Shown in pieces: positions 60,709 to 64,000 of a DNA stretch of 64,000 bases. How positions within the stretch are numbered: the first letter of the stretch is position 1; the number at the start of each line of letters is the position of its first letter. Position numbers and translations under genes: made by a program. The DNA is taken from contig NC_083282.1 in NCBI RefSeq assembly GCF_963506605.1, positions 33,914,001 to 33,978,000 on the forward strand, read 5' to 3'. Origin of the DNA: Zootoca vivipara. Its lineage: Eukaryota. A model generated the notes under the pieces. That model saw nothing but the letters and a program-made list of their open reading frames with translations, was not told where the DNA came from and did not search any database.

Positions 60709-61274
60709 TATCAATGGCCTCCTGGTGCCTCTAGCCAAGGAGGAAATTAACTGCTTCTCTGGTATCAGGATTTCTGCCAATAAAAGTAACATGTCATGTG
60801 CAAAACACAAAAGCTTTACAGTGACACCTAAATTACCACGACCATTCCCTTAACTCAGTGCTGGGTTAGAATCAACACAACAACAGATTTTCATGCAGGT
60901 CTGTCCATTCAGATTAATGAGTGAGGACAGGAAGTATTTGGCCACGTTCTCACTTTGGATGGCCTGATCCCATGTTTTTCTCGGTCACATGTAATAGGAA
61001 TCAGCAACCCAGCTTGCTCTTGATTGGGAAAGGCTAGGAAGCACTGGTGGAAAGTAACAAGTGAACTGCAAGGGGTGTTAGTTGAAACCTACACTTATGC
61101 TAGGGACAAGATACCCTTAGCGCCAACTACCCCACAGGGCAGAAAAGCAAACACTGGACAAATATTAGTTGCTTCTTGTCTGGGAATTAACATCATGTGG
61201 TTGCCTAGAAATTGCTAAACACTTCCTTCTTCTTTTTAACTTGTGGCAGATTTCACCAAATGCACACATACATA

Positions 61275-61520
61275 CCATGTTTCCCCCAAAATAAGAAACT
61301 GTCTTATATTTATTTTTCCTCAAGAAGACACACTATGGCTTATTCTCAGGGGATGTCTTATTTTTTAATTACGCGCCTAGCCTTGCCTCTTCCTTGGCGC
61401 CCTCCAGAACTGCACCTATCACTATGTCTTATTTTCAGGGTATGGCTTATATTGCGCAAATGGTTAGAAATCCTGCTATGGCTTATTTTATGGGTATGTC
61501 TTATTTTCGGGAAAACAGGG
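61275..61520. mobile_element. Tc1/mariner-type MITE
   Basis: TIRs CCATGTTTCCCCCAAAATAAGA / TCTTATTTTCGGGAAAACAGGG flanked by TA; internal repeats of (G/T)CTTATTTT. Confidence 0.7.
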
Positions 61521-61696
61521 TACTCACAGACTCATTTGTGTTCACAAACAGTTTATATTTATGTGATTCACTGAGTTTGTAGCCCACCCCTCTTCAGAGA
61601 ACTTGGGCATATGAAATAAAGATGTAAAACAAATTAAACAAAACATCATGTCAGACATAGAAAGGTACATTGATAAAGTTAACTGGCAACACCTAC

Positions 61697-61782
61697 CTTC
61701 TAACTTCTCTTCTTCAAATGCAGACTCCAGAGGTGGACCAAATAGTGGCGCTAGTACTGCAGGATCTTCCGGGGCTTTTTTG
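61697..61782 (-). CDS. SGIP1: SGIP1 exon
   Basis: gctgcag|C...GAA G|gtaggt; 86 nt; (S)KKAPEDPAVLAPLFGPPLESAFEEEKLE. Confidence 0.92.
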
Positions 61783-62204
61783 CTGCAGCACAACACAGAT
61801 GCTGAATGATAATTACACGCAAGGATCTTTTATTCAGCAGAGGTGACAGGCAGAGCTGGTTTTTGTTTGTTTGTTTGTTTTTACAGTAGGGGTGGGGAAC
61901 CATTTTCAGTTCAAGGCAGCGTTTCCTCAAAGGAAAGCAGTTGAGGGCCACATCGCAGTGGTGGGCAGGGCCAGAGGCAAAATGTAGGTAGAGCAATTGA
62001 TGTGACTTATCTTTGTTCAGTAGGCTGCATTCCATGCAGAGGGAAAAGGGACTGCCTTTTCCTATAATGATGTGTGCACAGGCTTGACAGATAGGACTTG
62101 GTAAGCCAGAACAAGAACATGTACATCATTTGGGTAGAAAGATTCCACACCATCCATGGCTTGAATGAGGTTTTTTTAAAATATAGTTTAACATTTATAC
62201 TAAC

Positions 62205-62256
62205 CTTAGAAGCTCTGGAGTAGGTGTTGAACGCCTGGGCCTTGCTATCTCTTCAC
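62205..62256 (-). CDS. SGIP1: SGIP1 exon
   Basis: tgccag|GT...CTA AG|gttagt; 52 nt; (S)EEIARPRRSTPTPELL(S). Confidence 0.9.
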
Positions 62257-63078
62257 CTGGCACATAAGACACCATTTTAAGGTAATTTTCTCATAGTGTC
62301 TTCTAGAAAACTTGTTCACATAACTATTTGATAATGTCAGCACCACCACAGCGTTCCTTCCGCTAGTCCATTTCTCACTAGTTTTAGTACTTATATAGTA
62401 CTAGGTCCAAGCTTAACTACCGGTATGTTGTCCCTTTCCAGAATAATTTGAACCAGTTTTCATAGTTCATGTCAATGTGACCCTGCATGCCTTTCCAGCT
62501 TCAAATTGCTCCCCTCACATTACTCATGCTGGGTGTCTCTTAATAGAATATAACTTGCTAAAAATATTATTCATTTGCTACCTTAAAAACATATAATGCA
62601 TTTGTTGTGAGATAATAAACTGGCTCTATGATTTGCCATTAACCTATTTTCATGTGGCCCAATTTTATGGAAAAGCTTTAGAAAATCCCATTTCAGCCAT
62701 GCCCTTCATCGTTCCAGATTACGAACATCTTGTAATTTTAGGCACTGTTGGTTTGTGCATTCAGCCAATTGCAAACACCCCATATGCCTTTTCATTTAAA
62801 ATGCGTCATCTCGTATTGAGGATGTCAGAGTCTGTTAATTTTACATTATAAATTCATGCATAATTTAATACTAGTGCATGGAATAATGTCCTCATAACAC
62901 TTTGAGGACTATCCCATTAACAATATATAGACTTTAGTCTCTTAAAAATTAGTTGTTGCAATGATTCTAGAGTTTGAAAATTAAGGTGTAAAATTATGTA
63001 ATCCTGAGGATTCTAAATATATCCACCTTCCTGAGATATATTGTGTCCCAACAAAATTCAATAAATAGATATACTTAC

Positions 63079-63103
63079 TAGATAAATTCCTTTTAATTGT
63101 ACC
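63079..63103 (-). CDS. SGIP1: SGIP1 25-nt exon (most 5' SGIP1 exon in the window)
   Basis: aattgtag|GGTACAATTAAAAGGAATTTATCTA|gtaagt; GTIKRNLS(S), corresponding to GAIKRNLSS of mammalian SGIP1; phase fits the next exon. Confidence 0.85.
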
Positions 63104-64000
63104 CTACAATTAAAAACAAAAACTACAGTTTAGGACTATAGGATTATATTTTTAGACACGTGCAATAAATGGCAGCTTACCTTAGTTGAAAAGAAAGAAA
63201 ACAGAATTAGGCATTAACACTGCTATAATAAAATATACATTGACCTGGATTCACATTCTTCATTTTGGAGGTTTGTACCCCAGTGGATTCATTCACACAC
63301 ATACAAATACCAGATATAGGCAAATAGAATATTTGATTAGCTGCTACAAATCACTGCTTGAGAATTTCAGGTTTTTGAATCAAGACAAGCAAACGAAAAG
63401 TGATCATACATTCTGGAATTGCAACGATGTGCCAAACAAATCCAAAGAGCTTGACAAGTCATTTATTTACCGTTCTGGAACTTCTTAATGCACTCATACA
63501 TATAGTCTCACACACTTGATCACCAGCTTTGGACTGAAACATGTTTCCAAGCAGGCTTTAATATTCCAGAAGATAAAGAAACAATTGGTGGGGACAGGGG
63601 GAAGGAGATAAAACTTCTGAAACTAGGAGGAAGGTGGGAAACAATGTCTGAATATGCAAAAGGTATCAGAACAGCTTTCAACAGTATTTGCCATAGCAAC
63701 AGGGAAGATATGGCAAATTTACTGTCAGTCACTAATCCTCATATTTCTGCCACCATCATCCATCCATCCATCCTTCTCACACACAATGTTCCTGCAAAAT
63801 GCATGTATTGTCAAAGAAAACAGTTTTTCAAGGCAATTCTTGCAAAAACTTCTCCTTTCAAATCACGCTTTGTGCAATATTTCTCCACGAAGAATACTTC
63901 TATGCTACAGGAAGAGACAGTAACACCAAAGTTCAAGGAAGATAGTTATTAAGGACAACAAAATTATTGTCTGCCCTGTAGGCAGAAGTCTGGTGAAAGA

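Noticed and set aside
60821-60853. Plus-strand peptide VTPKLPRPFP resembling SGIP1 SPKLTRPFP
   Set aside because: Wrong strand, no splice context, only 9 residues, and the true exon is at 60267-60359; treated as coincidence.

Overview
Vertebrate genomic DNA, most likely a squamate (lizard), judged from the repeat content. The window holds the conserved amniote syntenic block INSL5 - DYNLT5 (TCTEX1D1) - SGIP1. INSL5 is on the + strand (2 coding exons, 136 aa) and has a relaxin-3-like B chain. DYNLT5 is on the - strand (4 coding exons, 177 aa) with a CpG-island promoter containing an RFX X-box. The middle/3' part of SGIP1 is on the - strand: 10 clearly homologous coding exons from 63103 down to 17600, plus candidate cassette exons. 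The last SGIP1 mu-homology-domain exons were not found and probably fall in the 200-N gap at 16768-16967. A second gap (40047-40178) starts right after a polypyrimidine tract and may hide another exon. The introns contain a young, 5'-truncated 3.5-kb CR1 LINE with one frameshift, two RTE-clade LINE copies, an L2-like fragment with a nested MITE, many hAT and Tc1/mariner-type MITEs with TSDs, a Penelope-type inverted repeat carrying a hammerhead ribozyme motif, and microsatellites. Nearly all other six-frame ORFs are spurious. I cannot support a wholly new biological system here. The best leads are a cluster of symmetric phase-1 cassette/micro-exons in SGIP1, the relaxin-3-like INSL5 peptide, and the intronic hammerhead motif. 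Homologue comparisons are from memory; no searches were run.
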